A program made the translations under genes and the position numbers. The notes beneath the pieces were generated by a model. It did no database searches, was not told where the DNA came from, and worked only from the letters and a program-made list of their open reading frames with translations. 32,000 nucleotides of DNA from Saccharolobus solfataricus (GTDB lineage: Archaea; Thermoproteota; Thermoprotei_A; Sulfolobales; Sulfolobaceae), in assembly GCF_900079115.1 (NCBI RefSeq), contig NZ_LT549890.1, positions 2,760,001 through 2,792,000 on the forward strand, given 5' to 3'. Shown piece by piece: positions 10,032 to 18,367 of this stretch; within the stretch, counting starts at the first letter, position 1; each line of letters starts with the position of its first letter.

Positions 10032-10994
10032 ATGAAGGAGATAAAAGAGATAGAACCTTGGGGAGTTAATATTCCCTTTATATTCTTGGCAATGATATAC
10101 TGGGCTTTGGGTTCACTATCACTACCCCTTAACTTGCCATTTCATCCCTATTTTATGCTGTTGGGAGCTTACGCATTATACTTTGGCATGATACAGAGAC
10201 TGTTCTTTCCAGCAAAAAATTACTTAGCGTTACATATAGCATCTTTAATTCTCTTGGCTATTCCAATACAGTATTTTCAAATTATTGCATCAGTTGTCCT
10301 AACTATTACTGAAGTCTGGGCACTAAAAGATCTGAAAATGTATGGTTATAATACTAAAAAGTTACCTATCAATGCTCTAGTACTATCGTCACCATTCTCG
10401 TCCATAATTGCGTGGGTATTTTACCCAAACTACTGGCTTCTTATCACTCCTTTACTTTTGTATATATTAGGAGTAAACGTGGGAGTATTTTCCGTTAACT
10501 TGAGAACCAAACCAGTATTCGGACTGCATCAGTTACCCATATTCCTAATTATAATATTGTCGTACTTTTTCCCCATACTATTTCCCTTTATCGGAGTAGT
10601 TTACTTCCTTACAATATATAGAAAGACGTTTACTTTTAAGAGCATTACTGGGATTTCATCTTTACTGTCTCTAATAGTAATTCCCTTGTTGTCGCTCTAT
10701 TTTGGAGATTTCGTTCACGCTTTTACCTTAGGTATAATGTCGAACTTATTCTTCTCCTGCATTACCTACTCTACAAGTAGATATAATTACAATAAGGTTG
10801 TAATTTCTATACTACTCTCAGATTTAGCTTATATACTGCGATTCTTTTACTTCGAAATTTCAGGGATTTTTTGGATTGTTGCAGTAATTTATTTCCTCTA
10901 TTTAATTAAAGATAATTTCTATTTGACTTCCATAAAACTAGGACTATCAATGAGATTTATAAGAATGCAGAAAGAAAATCGTGGGTCTCCTTAG
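10032..10994 (+). CDS. Polytopic integral membrane protein (about 9-10 TM), unknown function
   Basis: 320 aa, almost entirely hydrophobic helices. Sits between an epimerase-family gene and a GT4 gene. No family motif recognised. Confidence 0.6.
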   Translation: MKEIKEIEPWGVNIPFIFLAMIYWALGSLSLPLNLPFHPYFMLLGAYALYFGMIQRLFFPAKNYLALHIASLILLAIPIQYFQIIASVVLTITEVWALKDLKMYGYNTKKLPINALVLSSPFSSIIAWVFYPNYWLLITPLLLYILGVNVGVFSVNLRTKPVFGLHQLPIFLIIILSYFFPILFPFIGVVYFLTIYRKTFTFKSITGISSLLSLIVIPLLSLYFGDFVHAFTLGIMSNLFFSCITYSTSRYNYNKVVISILLSDLAYILRFFYFEISGIFWIVAVIYFLYLIKDNFYLTSIKLGLSMRFIRMQKENRGSP

Positions 10995-12177
10995 CTACGT
11001 TTGCCCATGAGGAGTGCAATTCTAAAAACTTCTTCACCTTCTCATCTTCATGCTCACTCTCGTATTCTTCATCTTTCATCCTTAGTATACTGTTTGCAGT
11101 ACTTGCCATTTCCTTTATATCATACTCTCTCACTGTTCTAACTGGTTTTAAACTGGAAAACACAAATCTTATTGCAGGTATATCATATGCTACAACCGAA
11201 GTACCTAAAGCTAAGGTATCTAAAACCACTAGAGAAAAACCATCTTGATGGGAAGGATAAATTAAAACTTTAGCCTTGGCCACTGTATTGTATACCTCTT
11301 CTATTGGCCTATAACCTTTATATTCAATTTTAGGATGCGACATTAGAATCGACCTATCGTTCTCATTAAAAATTTTTCCAAATACAACTATTTTACTATC
11401 TAATAAATCAGCGATCTTAGGCAATTCCTTAATCCCCTTCTGTGGGACTAATCTAGCGAAGAAAACCGCATAGTCTTCTTTACCTCTAGTCCTCCTATAC
11501 TTATAAATAATATCCTTATTGAAAGCATTACCAACCTCATAAACCTTTAATCTCACACTATGTGCAATCTCTTCAATTCCAGATAGATAAAACGGTGCCT
11601 TAGATACACCAGCTATTCCCCTTAATATTCCATCATTTATTGAACGTAAAAATGCCCTTTTATCGAATTTGTAGAACATCCACATTAAGGTGTCATATGC
11701 TAATCCTTTGATTCCTAGAAATTTCCTATACCCCCTTCCGAAAGAATTTCTGAATGGCTCAAGATGTAAAAGTTTAACTAATGGTTTATTCAATCTTTTT
11801 GCAATATGGTATGATAATCTTAAGGTAATTGAGTCTTCGTGCATGTCGTAAATGACGTCCGGTTTAATATCCTTTAGTTCATCAATATATTTTCTATCCT
11901 CCCCCAAATTATTCCATCTTAAGTAAACGGTATGAGATCTTATGAAATAAGGTAATGTACCAACTTCTTCAGCTTCTTTAGTTTCATACACAGAATGATG
12001 AACACTAATATGTGCATTCTCTAAATCCTTTAACACTTCATAGTTCCTTCTCACAAGAAATGACGGAACGTATAAGAATACCTCGTCCCCCATCTTTACT
12101 AACTCTTTTAAAACATTTATTATATGAACCGATACTCCAGATGGGTTAAAAACGTTACCAATTGCCAGTACTCTCAT
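10957..12177 (-). CDS. Glycosyltransferase, GT4 (GT-B, group 1) family
   Basis: MRVLAIGNVFNPSGVSVHI N-terminus and a C-terminal GT-B nucleotide-sugar domain (VFFARLVPQKGI, LIYPSHQDGFSLVVLDTLALGTSVVAYD). The track start at 12186 is GTG; the ATG at 12177, giving MRVLAIG, is the more typical start. Confidence 0.8.
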   Translation of the reverse strand: MRVLAIGNVFNPSGVSVHIINVLKELVKMGDEVFLYVPSFLVRRNYEVLKDLENAHISVHHSVYETKEAEEVGTLPYFIRSHTVYLRWNNLGEDRKYIDELKDIKPDVIYDMHEDSITLRLSYHIAKRLNKPLVKLLHLEPFRNSFGRGYRKFLGIKGLAYDTLMWMFYKFDKRAFLRSINDGILRGIAGVSKAPFYLSGIEEIAHSVRLKVYEVGNAFNKDIIYKYRRTRGKEDYAVFFARLVPQKGIKELPKIADLLDSKIVVFGKIFNENDRSILMSHPKIEYKGYRPIEEVYNTVAKAKVLIYPSHQDGFSLVVLDTLALGTSVVAYDIPAIRFVFSSLKPVRTVREYDIKEMASTANSILRMKDEEYESEHEDEKVKKFLELHSSWANVAKETHDFLSAFL

Positions 12178-12178
12178 C

Positions 12179-12228
12179 TTTCTCACTTTAGTTTAACACT
12201 ATGACTATTCTTAGTTTAAAGTGAGAAA
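12179..12228. promoter_or_regulatory. Perfect 12-bp inverted repeat (tttctcacttta / taaagtgagaaa) with a 26-nt spacer, ending 2 nt upstream of the GT4 ATG
   Basis: Arms at 12179-12190 and 12217-12228 were read directly and are exact reverse complements. The spacer also repeats tagtttaa. Confidence 0.45.
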
Positions 12229-12373
12229 TTAATGATTTTCTTAACTATTAACTTCCTTCTTGCCCTTATAAGCTTTCTGCTTATATCTTGTGGTCATATT
12301 ATAATGAATTTCATACCGTATTCTGTCGCGAGTAGCAATAAGTTATATTATTAAAGTTATTAAAGGAGTAAAC

Positions 12374-12892
12374 GTGGATCCATTTATCCTATCGTTATTA
12401 CTAGGTCTTTCGCATGGAATTGAACCTGATCATGTAGCGACTGCAAGACTTTTAAAGAGCCGATGGAAGATTGTACAATTTGCCCTATCTCATTCAGCTG
12501 GGTTCGTTATAATAGCAATACCACTTGTAATTCTAATAGGTGATAATAAATTCTTAGAGATAATCTCAAATATAATAGGTATTATATTTTCAATTCTACT
12601 TCTAATTCAAGCAATATTTGATAAGGAAATTGATATAGGGGCAAACAAGGCTGGGTTATTACAAGGAGCTTTCGTCATAACTCCAACCAAGGTGTTGGTT
12701 ATAGTTATCGCTTCCACTGCTTATAGTATACTCTACTCTATAGAGGTAATTTCAGTATTTATAATAGCATCTGCAGTTTCAATTATATCTCTCTCACTAT
12801 TAAATTTCGTACCGAAGAGAGTATATAAAATAGTAGATGTAGGAATAGCTCTATTAACTATGACTTACTTAATCTTTCTTCTCATTAATTGA
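12374..12892 (+). CDS. Membrane protein with NicO/RcnA-like HX4DH motif (putative Ni/Co or other metal transporter family)
   Basis: GTG start preceded by aggag 6 nt upstream. The N-terminal TM helix carries LGLSHGIEPDHVAT (H-x4-DH). Five to six TM helices in total. Confidence 0.5.
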   Translation: MDPFILSLLLGLSHGIEPDHVATARLLKSRWKIVQFALSHSAGFVIIAIPLVILIGDNKFLEIISNIIGIIFSILLLIQAIFDKEIDIGANKAGLLQGAFVITPTKVLVIVIASTAYSILYSIEVISVFIIASAVSIISLSLLNFVPKRVYKIVDVGIALLTMTYLIFLLIN

Positions 12893-13165
12893 TAGTTCTT
12901 TCCTAACTTCATAAATTATATTAGCTAATTCTAATTCCATCTTTCTCATATTTCTAAGCTGTTCAAGAATTTTTCTTCCTTTTTCTGTTAACTTATACTC
13001 GCCATTGTCGTCTTGAATAAGCCCCTCTTCTGCAAGCATTGATATATATTTTTTTGCTAGCGAGGCGCTAAGATTAACATTTTTCATAATACTAGATATC
13101 CTATTAATTTTACTATCTATCGCCTCCAAGATATCACTTATTATATCATCCCTAGTCCTTCTCAT
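12869..13165 (-). CDS. Small winged-helix transcription regulator (98 aa)
   Basis: DIISDILEAI...ISSIMKNVNLSASLAKKYISMLAEEGLIQDDNGEYKLTEKGRKILEQL is a typical archaeal wHTH (helix-turn-helix plus beta wing). ATG start with a TATA-like block just upstream. Confidence 0.65.
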   Translation of the reverse strand: MRRTRDDIISDILEAIDSKINRISSIMKNVNLSASLAKKYISMLAEEGLIQDDNGEYKLTEKGRKILEQLRNMRKMELELANIIYEVRKELSINEKKD

Positions 13166-13220
13166 ACATATACTATAACTGTTCGATCATATATATTTTT
13201 TATCGTTTGGTATCCCATTA

Positions 13221-13240
13221 TACTTCGTCAGACTTTAAAG
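13221..13240. repeat. Left terminal inverted repeat of ISC1078 (tacttcgtcagactttaaag)
   Basis: Exact reverse complement of 14279-14298. Confidence 0.9.
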
Positions 13241-13277
13241 AGCAAGATTTATATTTCATGAGTAATACTAAATTGTT

Positions 13278-14291
13278 ATGCCGAAATCCAGAATGCACGG
13301 TATAAGGCTCAACAAGAAACAAGAGGAAGAGAGGAGGATTAACGCTGTAAAAGATGTGAGGAACGGGATGAGTATAAAGGACGTTGCCAAGAAGTATGAC
13401 GTCTCCATCTTTACCGTGTACAAGTGGTTGAGGAAAGGTGACCTGAGCGCTAAGCCGAGGAAGGGACCCACGAAACTGAAGGACGAGGAAAAGCTCGTCC
13501 GAATCTTAGAAAAGAGCCCAAGAGATTTCGGCTTGAACTACGATTTCTGGACCTTGAAGCTCATAGCGTATATACTTGACAAGGAATTTGGGATAAAGTA
13601 CAACCCGAGGAGTTTAAGCCCAGTCCTCAAGAAGTTAGGCTTCAAGTACAAGAAAGGAAAGAGAACTTACGTTAGAGACGATAACGCTGTAGAAAGGTGG
13701 GTGAAGGAACAAGGGGAGAAGCTTTTTAAAAAAATAAGAGAAGGGTACAAGGTACACATCTTCGATGAGTCGTACGTGTCCTACATAAACAAGGGTAAAG
13801 GCTGGATGAAGGTCGGAGGAGGGATAAAGGTCAACCCTAAGAGGAAGAGGTTTGCAGTAGTAGGCGGGATAACGATTAGTAAAGAGGGAATAACTTTCTC
13901 CTATTCGACATACAAGAAGCCCTCGCTGAACTCAAAAGATATTATACTCTACTTGAGGAAGGTAATAAAGGACGAGAAGACCGTGATAGTGATGGATAAT
14001 GCTAGAATACACGGTAATGAAGTGAGGGAATTCCTTGAGGAAAATGGGGTGGAGTTTGTTTATCTGCCGCCTTACTCTCCGGATAAGAGTCCGGCGGAGG
14101 GGCCGTGGGCAGTCCTCAAGAAAAGGCTCTACTCGAAGATTTACACGGACTTCGAGACCTTAATGTGGGATGCAACGAGGTTCCTACGCTCCATATCCAA
14201 GAGAGTAAATGACCTTACGTATAGTGTGAAGAGGTGCGGTGAACCTTGGACGTCAATACTGAGTGAAGTTTTCTTGCCCTTTAAAGTCTGA
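13278..14291 (+). CDS. IS630-family DDE transposase (337 aa)
   Basis: N-terminal HTH (MSIKDVAKKYDVSIFTVYKWLRKG). DDE triad candidates are IFDESY, VIVMDNARIHG and LPPYSPDKSPAEGPW; the last matches the hallmark LPPYSP-x-LNPIE-x-W block of IS630/Tc1. By my count 33 residues separate the second D from the E. The stop codon lies inside the right TIR. Confidence 0.92.
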   Translation: MPKSRMHGIRLNKKQEEERRINAVKDVRNGMSIKDVAKKYDVSIFTVYKWLRKGDLSAKPRKGPTKLKDEEKLVRILEKSPRDFGLNYDFWTLKLIAYILDKEFGIKYNPRSLSPVLKKLGFKYKKGKRTYVRDDNAVERWVKEQGEKLFKKIREGYKVHIFDESYVSYINKGKGWMKVGGGIKVNPKRKRFAVVGGITISKEGITFSYSTYKKPSLNSKDIILYLRKVIKDEKTVIVMDNARIHGNEVREFLEENGVEFVYLPPYSPDKSPAEGPWAVLKKRLYSKIYTDFETLMWDATRFLRSISKRVNDLTYSVKRCGEPWTSILSEVFLPFKV

Positions 14292-14298
14292 CGAAGTA
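14279..14298. repeat. Right terminal inverted repeat of ISC1078 (ctttaaagtctgacgaagta)
   Basis: Exact reverse complement of 13221-13240. Confidence 0.9.
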
Positions 14299-14725
14299 TA
14301 ATAAACGATGAGAAACTATGTCGTAAGAACTAGCTGAATAGCTGAAACTTTTTCAAATGTAACGTAAAGTTCACACGCGTTCACTGATAATTTTCTGAGG
14401 AAGGTTTCGGATCTAATAGGATTTTTAAACGATATATAATATTAATCCTTTGTTTCTTAGACTTAATAGAAGCCATTTACCTTCACATAATCCTCAACCC
14501 ATTCATAAATATTGGAGAAATGGAACTTCTTATGTTTCGTAGTATTAACTATTCGAGATATTCGCCCGCTCTGTAACATACGGAGTGTATAACTCTATGT
14601 TATTACTACTAGGCTTGCAAATCACACAGTTAAATAGAACTTATCAACTAAGAGTTCTTGAACTTTTCTCAAACTTAATTTTGGATTATGAGGGAAACTT
14701 ATAAGGTTTATGGAAAACATTTCTA

Positions 14726-15334
14726 CTAACTTTGACTCTCCGCTCCTCCCTTTATTTTCTGTAACGTACTTTTAATCTCTTCAGCCTCTTTTTCTCCCCT
14801 ATATTTACTCACTAACGAAATGAACGCATTTATTTCATCCTCAGTCATGGATTCTTGCATAAGCGGGCTTAGCTTAGATAAAAACTCCCTGTACAAATTT
14901 TCCAAGACTTCCGTATATTCAGGTAATGTTAAAGCTGGCATGTCATCTAGTAATGATATTATCGAAGATGAAATGGAGGAAAGTAGATCCTTTAGGACAC
15001 CCTTAAAGGCTACAGCTTGTTGTTGTTTCTCCATCTTACTAATATCCTCTACTTTCTTCTTCAACTCGCTCAAATTTTTAGCTAATCTATACTTGTGAAA
15101 TTCCAAATTAATAATAGCGTTTCTTACGCTCTTTGACGCTATGTATCTTATCTCATCCCCGTCTTTTAGAACGTTAATGTAACCTTTTAAGTAAAGGTTC
15201 TCAATTGTTTCTTGGATAGTGTTTCTAGATAAGATATAACCTAATGCTGATAGTTGTGAATAAGTGGTCCCACTAGGTCCTGCTTGGGCTATTGCAACTA
15301 ATACTAACCTTTCCCTCTTGCTTAGAAATTCCAT
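14726..15334 (-). CDS. Putative transcription regulator: N-terminal winged helix plus long helical C-terminal region (202 aa)
   Basis: RERLVLVAIAQAGPSGTTYSQLSALGYILSRNTIQETIENLYLKGYINVLKDGDEIRY is a MarR/TrmB-like wHTH. The remainder is predicted helical or coiled. Divergent from the PMK gene, with only 51 bp between the start codons. Confidence 0.55.
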   Translation of the reverse strand: MEFLSKRERLVLVAIAQAGPSGTTYSQLSALGYILSRNTIQETIENLYLKGYINVLKDGDEIRYIASKSVRNAIINLEFHKYRLAKNLSELKKKVEDISKMEKQQQAVAFKGVLKDLLSSISSSIISLLDDMPALTLPEYTEVLENLYREFLSKLSPLMQESMTEDEINAFISLVSKYRGEKEAEEIKSTLQKIKGGAESQS

Positions 15335-15385
15335 TTGGAAATGAATAGTAGTTAAAGATTAAAAAGCTAATAAGGAATATGGAAT

Positions 15386-16357
15386 GTGATAAAGGTTAGC
15401 GCACCTGGCAAAATACTTTGGATAGGAAGTTACAGCGTAGTTTTTGGAGGCATATCACATGTAATAGCAGTTAATAAGAGAGTGAGTTGTAGTTTGAGAG
15501 AAATTAAAGAGAAGGATAGTTTAATTTTCCATACTAGTTATGGGCACTTCAAAAATTCTGGTAATGAGTTAATTAATTCAGTCCTAGATACTTTTAGAGA
15601 AAGGCTTTCACAACTTCCTCAAGGTTATGAAATAGATCTATATAACGATAAGGAGTTTATAATAGATGGTAAAAAAACGGGACTAGGTAGTTCTTCGGCT
15701 GCTACAGTTTCCCTTACCGCTTGTCTGTATTACGCTATCCACGGCAAACTGGATTTGTTTGAGATACATAAATTGGCACAAATTGCCAACTATAAGAGAC
15801 AAAAGGGAATTGGTAGTGGGTTTGACATAGCTTCAGCTGTTTTTGGTAGCATAGTTTACAAGAGATTTACTGATTTAGATAAGATGGACTTCTATTTCGA
15901 AAAACTCAATTTGGGAAATTACGATATGATGCTTGGATTTACGGGAAAGAGTTCTGAAACCGTGGGTTTGGTTAGGAAATTTGTAGAGAAGAGTAATTTG
16001 GATGATTTTAAGGAAATAATGAGGCTTATAGATGAGGAGAATTATATGGCAATCAAACTCATAAAATTGAATAAGCTTGACGAGGCTGTGGAGCACATAA
16101 AGTTAGGAAGGAAGTATTTGAATTATATAGCTGAGCGTATTGTTGGTGTTAAACTGGTAAGTAAAATGGAGGAGGAGTTGATAAAAATAGCAGAAGAGGA
16201 AGGTGCGTTAGTAGCCTTATCTCCTGGGGCAGGTGGGGGAGATTCAATTTTTGCATTAGGCAATGATTTAAATAGGGTAAGGGAGGCGTGGAGTAAAAGA
16301 GGTATTTTCATAATTGATGTGAAAGAAGACGAGGGATTAAGGCTCGAATCTAACTAA
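15386..16357 (+). CDS. pmk: Phosphomevalonate kinase (GHMP kinase family, ERG8 type)
   Basis: N-terminal [19 protein letters not shown] and GHMP motif [17 protein letters not shown]. Convergent with the decarboxylase gene. Matches my recollection of the characterised S. solfataricus classical-pathway PMK. GTG start with TATA-like ttaaagattaaaaag 19-34 nt upstream. Confidence 0.8.
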   Translation: MIKVSAPGKILWIGSYSVVFGGISHVIAVNKRVSCSLREIKEKDSLIFHTSYGHFKNSGNELINSVLDTFRERLSQLPQGYEIDLYNDKEFIIDGKKTGLGSSSAATVSLTACLYYAIHGKLDLFEIHKLAQIANYKRQKGIGSGFDIASAVFGSIVYKRFTDLDKMDFYFEKLNLGNYDMMLGFTGKSSETVGLVRKFVEKSNLDDFKEIMRLIDEENYMAIKLIKLNKLDEAVEHIKLGRKYLNYIAERIVGVKLVSKMEEELIKIAEEEGALVALSPGAGGGDSIFALGNDLNRVREAWSKRGIFIIDVKEDEGLRLESN

Positions 16358-16361
16358 ATTT

Positions 16362-17339
16362 TCATTCTCTACTTAATACTTTTGGTCCATCTCCTACTTT
16401 AGATACTATTATTCTCTTTATTTCTAGAGATTTTAAGAATTCTAAAATATCTCCTATATTTCTTTCTGTAGTAAAAATGTGAGGATTTGGTCCAGCATCA
16501 AATGTATAACCAGCCTTCCCATAATCATGTATCCATTCCATAATCCTTATGGAAGTATCGTTTAAGTAAAAGAAGGATGGCCAACTATCCAATATTACTG
16601 CGTGCATACTATTACTATGTCTCATCATAAGATAGTAGAATTTCTTCTCATCCCTATTCCTTATAGCCTCAATAACTTCATTAAATGTCTTCTCAATGTA
16701 TTTAAGCCTACATTCCATTAGTTCTGAAGTTTCAGCTGATCTTATCATACCCTTTCTAGAAGAGATTTTCTTTTCTTTCTCACTTAATATAGGAATAATA
16801 TCCACTAATTCACTCCAATAGTCATGCCGGAAGATTTGATAACAATAAGAATCCTCTCCATCTTCTCTCTCCCCCTTATTCCATACTACAAATCCTCCAA
16901 ACATACTTCTACATGCACTTCCAGATCCCAGTCTAGCTATTTTGGAAAGCTCTTCGGATTTGAGGTTTAACTCCAGTAACTCATTTAGACTAAAGGCTAA
17001 CGCTGCAATCCCTGCTGCAGAAGACGCTAATCCCGCATTAATAGGAAATTTTGACTTTGACTCAACTTTAACGTGAAATTCCTTGCCAACGATTTTCTTA
17101 AAGGTATCCAAGACCCTTCCAGCATACTCTTTCATTTCATCTTCTGATAAGATCCTATCGTTAACTATTACAATATTCTTATCGTTTAAGGTTACTTTGG
17201 TAATCACTGATAACTGATCATCTAAAGTAATCGATAATGAGTTGTTGAGCGGTAAATTTAGTCTTTCATCTCCCCTTTTTCCCCAGTACTTTACAACGGC
17301 TATATTTGACGGTGCAGAAACTGTTACAGACTTTAACAC
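16362..17339 (-). CDS. mvaD: Diphosphomevalonate (mevalonate-5-diphosphate) decarboxylase
   Basis: [29 protein letters not shown] (GHMP motif), [14 protein letters not shown] and TFDAGPNPH are the canonical MDD blocks. GTG start at 17339. Confidence 0.9.
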
Positions 17340-17357
17340 GATTGTAAGAATACTCCA

Positions 17358-18041
17358 TTACTTATTAACTTTAACTAGCTCATATAATTCCTTTTTAGAC
17401 ACTTCATTACCCTTTTTAAATATTCCCTTCTTGCTGATTGAAATATTATCTATTATTATCTCGTTATCGTTCTCAATTCTTAAACCCAGATCAATTAGTT
17501 TCTCGATTAAGTCTAAATCCCTTATTCCATAATATTTAAGGAGAAGCAAAGCTCTCATGTCTTTAACCTTTCTAATTCTGCCTAAATTGAACGGCTCTAA
17601 ATTAACCTTTTCGAGAATTAGACTTAAATAATACGTTGCCTCTAAACTCTTTCCATCTATAAATGTGAATCCATTAATTGTCCATATTCTAACGTAATCC
17701 TTAAATACGTCAACCTTAGAGTAAGGAAGTTTAGTAGCTTCTAGCTTATCTAAAATTTCCCTCTTAGAGGGTATATTATGGAATTCTATGCCAAATCTAG
17801 TAGTATATAATTCCTCTGATTCTTCTAGAATATCTTCCATATCTTTTATGTATAGATTCGATAAATTTAAAATAATATTCCTTCTTATGGCTCTAATACT
17901 AACCTTGTTATGAAGAAACTCAACCTTGTAATTATATGCCTTTATATTGTATTTTCTTAGTATCTTGACTAAATCGTTTAGTACGTTATCATCGCTACAA
18001 TCTGTACGTATAATGTATTTGTCAATAATTACCTTTTCCAC
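17358..18041 (-). CDS. Hypothetical protein (227 aa), co-transcribed with mvaD
   Basis: GTG start with TATA-like ttaatatatagg about 27 nt upstream. Its TAA stop is 18 nt from the mvaD GTG, with tggag in between. Ile/Lys/Asn-rich soluble protein with no recognisable motif. Confidence 0.55.
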   Translation of the reverse strand: MEKVIIDKYIIRTDCSDDNVLNDLVKILRKYNIKAYNYKVEFLHNKVSIRAIRRNIILNLSNLYIKDMEDILEESEELYTTRFGIEFHNIPSKREILDKLEATKLPYSKVDVFKDYVRIWTINGFTFIDGKSLEATYYLSLILEKVNLEPFNLGRIRKVKDMRALLLLKYYGIRDLDLIEKLIDLGLRIENDNEIIIDNISISKKGIFKKGNEVSKKELYELVKVNK

Positions 18042-18367
18042 AACTGTTCTTAGATAAATTAACCTATATATTAATTATAACAATTCCTCAAGAATGGCGA
18101 ACGGTAAAAAATATTCAAATATGCTCCATACATAATATATGATATTTAGGGCGCGCACTTTTTAAAGTTTATAATTACTATAATCTCCTCCAAGAGAATT
18201 TCCATAAATATTTAAGATCTAAGGTGAATAAAGTAAATTTGTGCAAATGCTATTGATTATTTTGTATATATAGTCGTAGCATACTTATTCTGATAGTTCC
18301 TTAAAACAAACATTTATTTACTCTATAGGTTATGATACTATAGTAATGAAATAACAAGTGAAGAATT

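Larger units (their letters stand above)
13221..14298 (+). mobile_element. ISC1078, IS630/Tc1-mariner family insertion sequence, apparently intact (exactly 1078 bp)
   Basis: Perfect 20-bp terminal inverted repeats (26 of 28 if extended). Flanked on both sides by TA (13219-13220 and 14299-14300), the IS630-family target duplication. A single transposase ORF fills the element. Visibly more G+C-rich than the flanks. Confidence 0.88.

Noticed and set aside
13204-14309. 7-bp inverted repeat atcgttt / aaacgat flanking the ISC1078 insertion site
   Set aside because: It is too short to distinguish from chance in AT-rich DNA, and aaacgat occurs again at about 14438. It might reflect a small palindromic target preference, but I cannot support that from one site.
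14303-14390. Possible C/D-box sRNA (cgatgag ... ctga ... ctga ... ctga) just right of the IS
   Set aside because: The C-box is imperfect (GAUGAG rather than UGAUGA). The spacing from box C to the first CUGA is about 21 nt instead of about 12. There is no C' box and no terminal stem.
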